From an uncultured Sphingomonadaceae bacterium (lineage in GTDB: Bacteria; Pseudomonadota; Alphaproteobacteria; Sphingomonadales; Sphingomonadaceae): a stretch of 34,684 nucleotides of DNA. The stretch is from positions 1-34,684 of the forward strand of contig CAXUGZ010000001.1 of NCBI GenBank assembly GCA_964250685.1. Direction: 5' to 3'. Made by a program: the position numbers and the translations under genes. Shown here piece after piece: positions 9,469 to 18,525 of the stretch. The notes under the pieces were generated by a model that was not told the DNA's origin, ran no database searches, and worked only from the letters and a program-made list of their open reading frames with translations. Numbering within the stretch: position 1 is the stretch's first letter; each line of letters opens with the position of its first letter.

Positions 9469-9866
9469 CAGAGGCGTCCTCCTGTTGATGTGGGATCTTC
9501 GTCATGCTCGACGGTCGCGCGCATCGTCCGCAGCGTCGCGGGCAGCGACACCGCCTCGCTGGTGGTGGTCTGCCGGATGAGCACCTCCTCGACGACGAAC
9601 AGCCGTTTCACGAGCCGCTCCTCGACCACGGAGATCACCAGCAGGTCACCCTCGTGACGCGGTGGCGGCGCCGCGCTCACCTCGCGGTCGAGCGCGGTCC
9701 GCTCGATCGCGATCGCGCCGCGCCGGATGATCTCGTCGACCGTCACGTCGCGCGTCTCGATGATGGTGCTGATGCGGACGCGGTCGGTCACCGACGCGAC
9801 CTTGTCGACGACGACACGCTCTTCGGCGATCGGAACGCGGGTGTGATTTTGGTCGTCCGGATACAT
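9468..9866 (-). CDS. DUF2382-domain protein
   Basis: VPIAEERVVVDK and ISVVEERLVKRLFVVEEVLIR; stop overlaps the next start (TGATG). Alternative start at 9896. Confidence 0.75.
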   Translation of the reverse strand: MYPDDQNHTRVPIAEERVVVDKVASVTDRVRISTIIETRDVTVDEIIRRGAIAIERTALDREVSAAPPPRHEGDLLVISVVEERLVKRLFVVEEVLIRQTTTSEAVSLPATLRTMRATVEHDEDPTSTGGRL

Positions 9867-9979
9867 GGGCCGCGCCGATCGTGTCGGCGAGACCACCGGG
9901 CGTGGTTTATCGCTATCGTGGCCGAAGCCTCACGCCGCCCGTGCGACGCCCCGCGATCGTTCGCGCGGAGCGACGGTTA

Positions 9980-10004
9980 AACCAAGATCATGTCACGTGG
10001 TTCC
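9980..10004 (-). promoter_or_regulatory. EcfG (general stress sigma) promoter for the DUF2382-OmpA-YsnF cluster
   Basis: GGAAC-cacgtgacatgatcttg(17)-GTT, matching the alphaproteobacterial GGAAC-N16/17-(C/G)GTT consensus. Confidence 0.7.
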
Positions 10005-10282
10005 ACGGCTGCCGATCGCGCCAGCCTGCGTCGCGTGCCGGGGACGAGAAGGCTGCGGCATCCCCCCTGGGCAACGATAGTGCGGCTCGTCGCGGGCGCG
10101 GCGGCAGCGGCGCTCCGAATCCTGAGCCAGTGATGATCGAACCGCGGACCAAAGGACCGCAAGCATGGAGGACCGCCGGGAAAAGATGGTTAACTAATTA
10201 AGATTTAGTAACTAATGCTGGACTTGCGGCGTTACGGCTGGGCATCGTGGGCGTGGCGACTCAACGCCAGGGGTAATATCGC

Positions 10283-10927
10283 ATGCTTCGTATTTTGTTG
10301 CTTTCATCCGCCGCGCTGGCCGTGTGCGCGCCGGCCGCCGCCACCACGTTATCCGCAACGTTCACCGGCGGCCTCACCACCAGCCAGCAGAACCCGGTGC
10401 CGGGCCAGCAGACGTTTACGCTGAACGGCAGCTTCCTGACCTATGCGGCTTCGTCCAATTTGCCGCAGATCACGGGCAACGATCTCAACCAGTACGGCTT
10501 CACCGTCAGTGGACTGTCGAGCGCGTATAATGCGACGACGCGCACCGTCACCTACAGCAACGTCACGGGCACGATCAACGGATATGGGGCGGTCGTCCAG
10601 AACCTTGCGCCGACCACACTCACGGTGACCTTCGATCCGTTGTTCGCGACCGCGGCCATCCTGGGTTCGCTCGTCTCGGCCGGTCCTCTGCATCCGACTG
10701 GCTTCCCGGCGGGCGATATCGTCGATTTCACCCCCGCCAATGGCGCCGCCATCACGGGCCTGTACACGTCCAATGGCGTCCAGGGTGGCAGCGTCACCGG
10801 CGCGATCACCTTTGCGTCCCCCGCCGCCGTCCCTGAACCTGCTTCTTGGGCGATGATGCTGGGCGGTTTCGGAGCCGTCGGATGCGCCATGCGCCGGCGT
10901 CAGCGGACCAAGCTGAGCTTCGGCTGA
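10283..10927 (+). CDS. PEPxxWA-CTERM sorting domain surface protein
   Basis: Signal peptide; Thr/Ser/Gly-rich body; C-terminal VPEPASWAMMLGGFGAVGCAMRRRQR. Confidence 0.92.
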   Translation: MLRILLLSSAALAVCAPAAATTLSATFTGGLTTSQQNPVPGQQTFTLNGSFLTYAASSNLPQITGNDLNQYGFTVSGLSSAYNATTRTVTYSNVTGTINGYGAVVQNLAPTTLTVTFDPLFATAAILGSLVSAGPLHPTGFPAGDIVDFTPANGAAITGLYTSNGVQGGSVTGAITFASPAAVPEPASWAMMLGGFGAVGCAMRRRQRTKLSFG

Positions 10928-10947
10928 GCCTTTCTCGGGCACGGACG

Positions 10948-10980
10948 CGCCGCCGATCGCGAGATCGGCGGCGTTGCTGT
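10948..10980 (+). terminator. Terminator-like hairpin after the PEP-CTERM gene
   Basis: Perfect 11-bp stem CGCCGCCGATC-GCGA-GATCGGCGGCG followed by a weak U tract (TTGCTGT). Confidence 0.55.
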
Positions 10981-11134
10981 ATCGGAGGGTGATGCACCCC
11001 AGGACAGCGGACAGCATTGTCTGCTGCGAGAAGTTCTGGCGCAGAATATGGCCTCGTTCGCGCAGGCGAGGGATCGGCCCAGATACCGCTCTGGGAGAGC
11101 CGTCGGACGCCCGAGCTAACCCTGGCGCGCTTGG

Positions 11135-11887
11135 TCAAACCGCTGGCGCGAGACCGCGGCCACGTACTTCGATTGCTGCCTTAGCCAAAAAATCCTCGAT
11201 GCCGGCAATGGATGGTTGACGACATAACTGGAGGGCTTCGACTTCGGTGAGACAGTCGATTCCGTACCCGAACTGGGCGCGCCAAAGTTGGTCGAGTTCG
11301 TCGCCATGCCGCTGCCATAGCATATCGCGCGTCCCGGGTCTCAACGAAAGGCGTCGCGCGTCACGGCTTTCGGTCAGGGTGGTGATCGCGATCACCCGCC
11401 CGCCGCGCGTGTCCACATGACCGCGCAGGTTCGCCAATGTGCCTCCCAGCCCGACATGATCGTCCACCAGAACGTAGGCGGCGCCGTTCTGCACTTCGCC
11501 GTCAAACATGGCCGGCGTGACCAATCGTTGGAACGCCGGCGCGCGCGTGTGGCCGACCTTGTTGGTCTGCACGATCTCTCCTGCGATCACGGGAAGATCG
11601 AACGCGCGGCCGAGCACCTGCGCCATCGCATCGGGGATGGCGTTGAAGCCCAATGTTTCGTCCGCGATGACCGGCAGGAGGATTGCCGTACGATCTCCGA
11701 CGATCCTCCGCAAAGTCTCGACAGCGGCGCTGTCGAGAAGGTCCATAGCGAGCGTCAATGCGTCTTCGGGATCGCCCGCTTTGGCACTGGCGTAACCCGG
11801 ATGAGCATCACGCGTCGCGACGGTCGTGTGCACCACCACGTCGGGGAAGTCGGCGGGCCACAAAAGGCGGGGGGCTGGGGCCGTCAT
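11135..11887 (-). CDS. Type I phosphoribosyltransferase-domain protein of unknown substrate
   Basis: PRPP loop YVLVDDHVGLGGTL; HPGYASAKAGD; TAGGAT -10-like hexamer 8 nt upstream of ATG 11887. Confidence 0.8.
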   Translation of the reverse strand: MTAPAPRLLWPADFPDVVVHTTVATRDAHPGYASAKAGDPEDALTLAMDLLDSAAVETLRRIVGDRTAILLPVIADETLGFNAIPDAMAQVLGRAFDLPVIAGEIVQTNKVGHTRAPAFQRLVTPAMFDGEVQNGAAYVLVDDHVGLGGTLANLRGHVDTRGGRVIAITTLTESRDARRLSLRPGTRDMLWQRHGDELDQLWRAQFGYGIDCLTEVEALQLCRQPSIAGIEDFLAKAAIEVRGRGLAPAV

Positions 11888-12047
11888 AGCGGGCGATCCT
11901 ACACCGCTCGGCGGTTCGTGCGGACCTCGAATCAGTCTCCCCGATCCCGACCAGAGCACGAACGCGAGCACCAGCTGGCCGCGAGATCGGCAGAGGCGCG
12001 CTGTCGCGCACGCCCGAGGTATCCCCACGTTGCTCCCCGCTGCGGCG

Positions 12048-14302
12048 CTACCTGCGGGCGGCGTCCGCCGTCGCGTCGAGGCGGTCGGCATAGGCGTTGA
12101 GCACGGCGGCGGTGCGGGCGACATAGGCGGTCGCATCGGCGAACCGGCGCTGCTCGATCGCCTCGCGCACGCCCGGCAGCGTCTTGGCGCCATAGCCGGT
12201 GAGCGTGCCGGGAGCGTAGACGAGGTTGCGGAACCACGGACGTCCGGGCAGACCCGTCCGGTCGAGCAGCAGCTGATCGATGTCGCGCAGCAGCGCCAGC
12301 ATGCGGGCCTGCGCCGCGGCCGGCAGCGTCGGCATATGCTCGATCGCCGCGTCCGCGGCGCGCGCCGAGCGCGCCAGTCGATCGGCGGCATCCTCCAGCG
12401 CCAGCATATCGATCGCCGGGGTCACGCCTCTCCCCGCAGGAGCGATCGTCGGATCGTCGGGGTTCGACGCGAGCTTGAACACCTCGTCGCGCGTGAGATC
12501 GCGCAGCGCCCGGTCCCTGTCGCGCTGATCGGCGGCAAGCTTCTTGACCTCGCCGACATAGCGCGACACCGTGACCGCGAAATCGCCGTACCGCGCCGGC
12601 ACGCGCGGGCCGTCGGCGGCGCGCAGCACCAGCCGGCCGATCGTCTTCGACAATACCGCGCCATAGACCAGACCCGGATCGTCGAACTTGGTCACATGGT
12701 AGAAGCTGTCATAGGCTGAATGGTACGATCCGCCGCCCGCGCCCTCGCCACCGAACTCGATGTTGAGCGACGGAATGCCGAGATGCTGCAGGAACGTGGA
12801 GTAATCGGAACCCGAGCCGAGGGCGCCGATCGGCATGTCCCCTCCAGCCTTGGCCGCATCGAGCGCGGCCGTGTCGTCGCTCCGGCGGCCCGTGCCCGCA
12901 AAGGCCTGTGCGCGCACGTTCGCGCGCAGCCGGTCGAGCACGCTCACCGAGGTCTGCGGATCGATGACGTCGCGCGCGGCCGCGTTGACGAAATGCTGGA
13001 GGTCATGGCTGCCTTCGGCGCCGAAGAAGCCGCGTCCGTTGCTGTCGGTATTGATGTAGAGCACCGCCTTGCGGCTCAGCTCGTCGGCATGCGCCTCGAC
13101 CCATTCGGTCGAGCCGAGCAGCCCCGGCTCCTCGCCGTCCCAGCTGGCATAGACGATCGTCCGATCGGGCCGCCAGCCGGTGCGCGCGAGCGCGCCCAGC
13201 GCCTTCGCCTCGCTCATCAGCGCGACCTGGCCGGTGAGCGGATCGCTCGCCCCGAACACCCAGCCGTCATGGTGGTTGCCGCGCACCACCCATTCGTCGG
13301 GCCGCGTCGCGCCCGGCATGACCGCGATCACGTCGTAGATCGGCTTCAGCGACCAGTCGGACTTGACCGCGAGGTGGACCTTGACGGCATCGGTGCCGCC
13401 CCAGTGATAGGCCAGCCCCAGCCCGCCGCGCGCACGGCCGCCGATCACCGGCCCTTCCAGCCGGGACATGATCCTGGTCGCGTCGCGATAGGAGATCGGC
13501 AGCGCGGGGATCTTGAGGATCGTCGGCGCCGTCGCGCGCGTCAGCCGCTTCGCCCCCGCGGTGGCGCCGATCCCAGGGGTAAGCGGATCGCCCGGATATT
13601 GCGTCATGTCCTGCACCGAGCCGCGCTGCACGCCGGTCTCGGGCCGTCCGCCGCCGCGCGGAACGGATCGTGCTCGGCATAGCCGTCGTCCGCCGGGTCC
13701 GAGTAGATCAGGCAGCCCGCCGCATTATGCTCCTGCGCCAGCTTGGGCTTGAGCCCGCGCCAGCCGCCGCCATACCGCGCGAGCACGATCTTGCCCTTCA
13801 CGCTGATGCCGCGCGCGGCGAGCGCGTCATAATCATCGGGCATGCCGTAGTTCACGTAGACCACCGGCGCCGTGACATCACCGTCGCCCTGATAGGCGAC
13901 GTAGGGGGGCAGCGCGCCCGTGAGGTCGGCGGTGCTCGGATCCTCGGGCACCGCCGGCTCCTGCCCGCCGAGCGTCACCCGCTCGGGCGCGACCAATTCC
14001 AGCGTCGTGCTGATCGGCGTGGGATAAAGCACCTGAAACGTCTCGATCCGCGCATCCCAGCCCCATTGCTTGAACAGCGCGAGTTGCATCTCGGCATTGG
14101 CCCGATCGTGCGGGCTGCCGACATGATTGGGTGCGGAACTCATCGTCTTCAGCCATGCCAGCTGATCGGCACTGCTGATCTGCAGGTCGAAAGCCTGCTC
14201 GAGCGCCTTCGCGTTGAACGAAGACGGGGTGTTCTGGGCGATGCCGCTGGACGCCAGACCGATGAGTGCGGCGGTCGCTAACAGGTGTGCGGTGATGGTC
14301 AT
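12048..14302 (-). pseudogene. M28 glutamate carboxypeptidase II-like peptidase (PA and TfR-dimerisation domains) split by a 1-bp frameshift near 13660
   Basis: Signal peptide, YVNYG, KGKIVLARYG, LIYSDPADDG in one frame; QRGSV, GNHHDGW, SWDGEEPGLLGSTEW, GSGSDY, YHSAYD in the next. Adding one base restores DPFPRGGGRPETGVQRGSV. Confidence 0.85.
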
Positions 14303-14513
14303 GCGGTTCCCCGATCGGCTTTTCGCGGCGGCGCGCGATGGTAGCAGGATGCGCTTCATCGAGACACAAGATACGTGAGCAGCGACGAAACAGGTTTGAT
14401 GGCGACGGTTGCCGCGACGACGTCCACGCCCGATATGACGGGCTGATTCTCGCCGCGGCGAACCTTGTTCTCTCGGGCCTCGCGCGAGGCAAAGCTGTAC
14501 GGAGTCGTGTCGA

Positions 14514-15953
14514 ATGGCCTATCAGGATGTTAAGCTGTTCATCAACGGCGGTTGGCAGGATGCCGCCGATGGCCGTTCGCTGGCGGTGCAAAATCCCGCG
14601 ACGGGCGAGGATATCGGCCGGGTCGCGCATGCCGGCCGCGCCGATCTCGATCGCGCGCTGGATGCGGCGCAGCGCGGCTTCGAGACATGGCGCGATTTCA
14701 CGCCGGCGCGGCGCAGCAAGATCATGCGCACCGCCGCAGGCCTGATGCGTGAGCGCGCGGGCGAGATCGCGCTGCTGCTCACCCAGGAGCAGGGCAAGCC
14801 GCTCGCCGAGGCCAAGGGCGAGGCGATGGCCGCCGGCGACATCATCGAATGGTTCGCGGAGGAAGGCTTCCGCGTCTACGGCCGTCTCGTTCCGCATCGC
14901 AGCGATCCGGCGGTCCGCCAGATGGTGATCAAGGATCCGGTCGGTCCGGTCGCCGCGTTCACGCCGTGGAACTTCCCGATCAACCAGGTCGTCCGCAAGA
15001 TCTCGGCCGGCCTGGCCGCGGGCTGCTCGATGATCGTCAAGGCGCCCGAGGAGACGCCCGCGAGCCCGGCCGCCTTGATCAAGGCGTTCCAGGATGCCGG
15101 GCTGCCCGAGGGCGTGCTCAACCTCGTGTACGGCGATCCCGCCGAAATCTCGGAATATCTGATCGCCAGCCCGATCACCCGCAAGATCACCTTCACGGGC
15201 TCGACCCCCGTCGGCAAGCTGCTCGCGGGCCTCGCCGGGCGGCATATGAAGCGCGTGTCGATGGAGCTCGGCGGCCACGCGCCGGTGATCGTGTGCGAGG
15301 ACGCGGACCTCGCGCTCGCGGTGAAGAGCGTCGGCGCCGCCAAGTTCCGCAACGCCGGGCAGGTATGCATCTCGCCGACGCGCTTCCTCGTCCACGACAG
15401 CGTCAAGCAGCGCTTCGCCGAGGGGCTGGCCGATTTCGCGCGCGGCATCAAGGTCGGCGACGGCCTCGCCGAGGGCACGCAGATGGGCCCGCTCGCCAAT
15501 CCGCGCCGGCTGAGCGCGATGGCCGAGTTCCAGCAGGATGCGGTGGACCGGGGCGCCACGGTGCTGACCGGCGGCAGCCGCATCGGCGACGTCGGCAATT
15601 TCTGGGCGCCGACCGTACTGACCGACGTGCCGCTGGAGGCGCGCATCTTCAACGACGAGCCGTTCGGCCCGGTCGCGGGGATTCGCGGCTTCGACCGGCT
15701 GGAGGAGGCGATCGCGGAGGCCAACCGCCTGTCCTTCGGGCTCGCGGGCTACGCCTTCACCAAGTCGCTCGCCAACGCCGACCTGCTGACCCGCCGGGTC
15801 GAGGTCGGCATGCTGTGGGTGAATACGCCGGCGACGCCTTCGGCCGAGCTGCCGTTCGGGGGCATCAAGGATTCGGGCTACGGCACCGAAGGCGGCCCCG
15901 AGGCGCTCGAAAACTACCTCAACACGCGCGCCGTGGTCATCGCCAACGTCTGA
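14514..15953 (+). CDS. NAD-dependent aldehyde dehydrogenase, succinate/alpha-ketoglutaric semialdehyde dehydrogenase type
   Basis: [22 protein letters not shown] (Glu), [10 protein letters not shown] (Cys), [16 protein letters not shown]. Confidence 0.92.
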   Translation: MAYQDVKLFINGGWQDAADGRSLAVQNPATGEDIGRVAHAGRADLDRALDAAQRGFETWRDFTPARRSKIMRTAAGLMRERAGEIALLLTQEQGKPLAEAKGEAMAAGDIIEWFAEEGFRVYGRLVPHRSDPAVRQMVIKDPVGPVAAFTPWNFPINQVVRKISAGLAAGCSMIVKAPEETPASPAALIKAFQDAGLPEGVLNLVYGDPAEISEYLIASPITRKITFTGSTPVGKLLAGLAGRHMKRVSMELGGHAPVIVCEDADLALAVKSVGAAKFRNAGQVCISPTRFLVHDSVKQRFAEGLADFARGIKVGDGLAEGTQMGPLANPRRLSAMAEFQQDAVDRGATVLTGGSRIGDVGNFWAPTVLTDVPLEARIFNDEPFGPVAGIRGFDRLEEAIAEANRLSFGLAGYAFTKSLANADLLTRRVEVGMLWVNTPATPSAELPFGGIKDSGYGTEGGPEALENYLNTRAVVIANV

Positions 15954-15977
15954 GCGCGGCGCGCCCGGAACAGGCCG

Positions 15978-16637
15978 TCACCTCGCGGGGTAGCGCAGCC
16001 GTCCCAGAAAGCGCGCGACGTTGAAGTGGCGGTCGGGGTCGGGCCGCAGCCGCGCCTTCGCCCGTTCGAAGCGCATCACGTCCTCGATCCGCCGATCGAG
16101 GAAGGCGCGCGTGTCCGCATGGTCCTCGCTCGTGTCGTCGAGCAGCGCCAGCAGCGTCGCGCCATAGACGCCCGCGAGCGTCAGCCGCTTGGTGTAATGC
16201 GCGAAGCCGGTGGTGTCGTCGCCCGCCAGCCGCCACATCGCATCGGCCGCGCGCCACCCCAGCCGCGCCCCCGTCGCCGCGTGCTGGGGCATGGCAAGCG
16301 TGGCGAGCGCGCGGCGCAGCGCCTCGACATGCGGCGCGACCGCCTCGATCCGGCTGCGCACCAGCGCGGTGATGCGCGCGCGGATGCGCATCGCCGCCAG
16401 CGTCTCGGGCGGGAGCGCGGCGGCCATCTGCCGGTCGATGCTCGCGAACCACGCGTCGATCATCTGCGTCGCGCCGCCGGGAAAGGCGAGACGCGCGCGT
16501 TCGGGCGGCACGCCCAAGCCGTGCGCCGCAGCGGCGAGCGCGCGTTCGCTCCACCCGTCGAACGCCGCCTCGCCGGGCAGCAGCGGCGCGAGCGCATCGC
16601 GCAGTTCGTCGAGCGTCATGTCCAGGGGCGCGGTCAT
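15978..16637 (-). CDS. COQ9-family ubiquinone biosynthesis protein
   Basis: AFDGWS, WRAADAMWRLAGD, HYTKRLTLAGVY, TRAFLDRRIEDVMRFE. Confidence 0.9.
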   Translation of the reverse strand: MTAPLDMTLDELRDALAPLLPGEAAFDGWSERALAAAAHGLGVPPERARLAFPGGATQMIDAWFASIDRQMAAALPPETLAAMRIRARITALVRSRIEAVAPHVEALRRALATLAMPQHAATGARLGWRAADAMWRLAGDDTTGFAHYTKRLTLAGVYGATLLALLDDTSEDHADTRAFLDRRIEDVMRFERAKARLRPDPDRHFNVARFLGRLRYPAR

Positions 16638-17560
16638 GGGCGTGAAGGTAGCGGCTCGGCGCGCGCGGGCAAGGGGGCGCCGCCGTCGCGCACCAGCAGC
16701 ACCGCGATCGCAATCGCGACGCCCCCGATCACGTCGAGCGCGCCCAGCCGCTCGCCATAGACGATCCAGCCGATCGCCGCCGCCACGATCGGCTGGATCA
16801 GCAGCATCACGCCGACCACCAGCGGCGCGACGCGCGCGACCGCGTAGAGGATCAGCCCCTGGCCGATCAGCTGGCTGCCGAGCGTCAGCAGGATCAGCGG
16901 GGTCCAGTCATGCGGGCGCAGCGGCTCGCCGACCGCAAGTGCCACGATCAGCAGCAGGGGCGTTCCTGCGAGCACCGAGACGGTCAGCGTCGGCAGCGGG
17001 CCGAGCCGCCCGCGCGTCCGCTCGATCGCGATCAGGTAGCCCGTATAGCAGCCGCCAGCGAGGATGCAGAGCAGGTCGCCGAGCGCGCTTTGCGCCGAGA
17101 GATGGTAGGATCGGCCGAGCAGCAGCATCGCCCCGAGCGCGGCGAGCGCCAGCGCCGCCGCCTGCCGGGCGTTGGGCCACGCGCGCGCTACGGCGAACCC
17201 GTAGAGCGGGAACAGGATCGCGGTGATGTTGCCGAACAAGGTCGCGTTGCCGAGGCGCGTGCGCATGATGCCGAGGTGCCACAGCGCGAGATCGGCCGCG
17301 AACAATAGCCCCGCCACTCCCGCGATCGCCGCCGCCCCGCCCCAGCGCGCCGGCAACGGCGCGCGCGCGCGGACGCTCGCCGCGAGCAGCACGGGGCAGG
17401 CCAGCGCCATGCGCCAGAAGGCCGAGCCGAGCGCCCCGACCTGCGCGTCGCTCTGCGCCAGCCGCACCAGCAACGGCCCGAAAGCGAGCGCCAGATTGGC
17501 GATCAGCAGCGCGAGCAGCGCAGGGCGGCGCGCGCGCGCAGGAAGCTTGGGCTGATCCAT
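16634..17560 (-). CDS. DMT/EamA-family transporter
   Basis: About 10 hydrophobic segments; AFWRMALA, GLLFAADLALWH, QLIGQGL, LLIQPIVAA, GERLG. Confidence 0.88.
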   Translation of the reverse strand: MDQPKLPARARRPALLALLIANLALAFGPLLVRLAQSDAQVGALGSAFWRMALACPVLLAASVRARAPLPARWGGAAAIAGVAGLLFAADLALWHLGIMRTRLGNATLFGNITAILFPLYGFAVARAWPNARQAAALALAALGAMLLLGRSYHLSAQSALGDLLCILAGGCYTGYLIAIERTRGRLGPLPTLTVSVLAGTPLLLIVALAVGEPLRPHDWTPLILLTLGSQLIGQGLILYAVARVAPLVVGVMLLIQPIVAAAIGWIVYGERLGALDVIGGVAIAIAVLLVRDGGAPLPARAEPLPSRP

Positions 17561-17618
17561 CGCCGCGCGCCATATCGGCGTCGCCAGCTGAGTCGAGTAT
17601 CCGGAGCCGCCGCGGCGC

Positions 17619-17649
17619 AAAAAAAGGGCCGGTCGTGAGACCAGCCCTT
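17619..17649 (-). terminator. Rho-independent terminator
   Basis: GC-rich stem followed by TTTTTTT on the minus strand. Confidence 0.85.
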
Positions 17650-17682
17650 GAAGGTTAGGAGAGGATGCCTGAAAGGCGGTAT
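17619..17682 (-). ncRNA. suhB/MmgR (alpha-r8)-like small RNA
   Basis: Short GCCT-TTC-AGGC hairpin, unpaired pyrimidine-rich anti-SD tract ATCCTCTCCT, terminator AAGGGCTGGTC-TCAC-GACCGGCCCTT plus T run, own promoter upstream. Family assigned from remembered architecture, not from a search. Confidence 0.7.
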
Positions 17683-17683
17683 C

Positions 17684-17732
17684 GTTGTGCCTCCGCGCCG
17701 ATCGTTCGGCAAGTCACTTTGTTGCAGTGCAA
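17684..17732 (-). promoter_or_regulatory. Putative sRNA promoter with PhaR/AniA-like TGC-N3-GCA site
   Basis: TTGCCG-N17-CACAAC (17712-17684) and palindrome TTGCA-G-TGCAA at 17722-17732. Confidence 0.55.
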
Positions 17733-18478
17733 GATGCGAAATTTGCATCCTGACGTGCAGGCAATGCGCCCAGCCCGTGATCGGTGCCGCACAGCCGGTC
17801 CCACAAGCGGAAATACAGCCCGTAATTGCAGCGATAGTCGCTGTGGTGGCGCTGATGGTGGCTGGCGGTGATCAGCCAGCGCCCCGCGGGACCGCGCACG
17901 AATCGCGCCGGGAACAGCTCCCACCCCATGTGATTGGTCACGCCCATCACCGTCATCACCGCCAGCACCACCCCCAGCATGGCGAGCTGGATCGGCACCA
18001 GCAGCACGAGCACGGGGATCACCACCGCGCCCGTGAGCGCCTCGTACGGATGAAAGCTCATCGCCGCCCACGCGGTCGGGGGGCGGCTGGCGTGGTGGAC
18101 CGCATGCATCGCGCCGAACAGGCGGCGGCCGTGCATCGCGCGATGCGTCCAGTAGAACCACGCGTCGTGCGCGAGCAGATAGATAAGCACCGACAGCGGC
18201 ATCCACCACAGCGGATAGGCGTGCGGATCGCGGTAGATGCGCGTCCACCCGCGCGCCTGCCAGCCCCAGGCGACGAGCCCCGCGGGCGCGCCGTAGACGA
18301 GCGCCGAGGCGAGGCTCCAGCCGATCTCGCGCGCCACCTGCGCACCGCGCCCGGCATGCAGCCCCGGCCGCGCCACGCGCGTCGCCAGCGCGAAGCCGCC
18401 GCTCGTCGCGAGATAGCGCACCGCCACGATCGCGCTCATCGCCAGCATCGCCAGCAGGATCGAGGGGAGCATGCTCAT
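17714..18478 (-). CDS. crtG: Carotenoid 2,2'-beta-hydroxylase (sterol desaturase family)
   Basis: His boxes HDAWFYWTHRAMH, HAVHH, NH, HHQRHH and NYGLYFRLWDRLCGT; divergent from crtY. Confidence 0.85.
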   Translation of the reverse strand: MSMLPSILLAMLAMSAIVAVRYLATSGGFALATRVARPGLHAGRGAQVAREIGWSLASALVYGAPAGLVAWGWQARGWTRIYRDPHAYPLWWMPLSVLIYLLAHDAWFYWTHRAMHGRRLFGAMHAVHHASRPPTAWAAMSFHPYEALTGAVVIPVLVLLVPIQLAMLGVVLAVMTVMGVTNHMGWELFPARFVRGPAGRWLITASHHQRHHSDYRCNYGLYFRLWDRLCGTDHGLGALPARQDANFASCTATK

Positions 18479-18525
18479 CCCGATCGCTATAGGCGCGGAC
18501 GACGCATATGGGTAGAAGCACGGCG

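Noticed and set aside
10806-11138. ORF overlapping the PRTase stop, or a toxin-gene remnant
   Set aside because: No recognisable motif and it runs antisense into the PEP-CTERM gene; any resemblance to a toxin N-terminus is too weak to support.
13604-13670. Programmed ribosomal frameshift in the M28 peptidase
   Set aside because: No slippery sequence; a single lost base explains it more simply.
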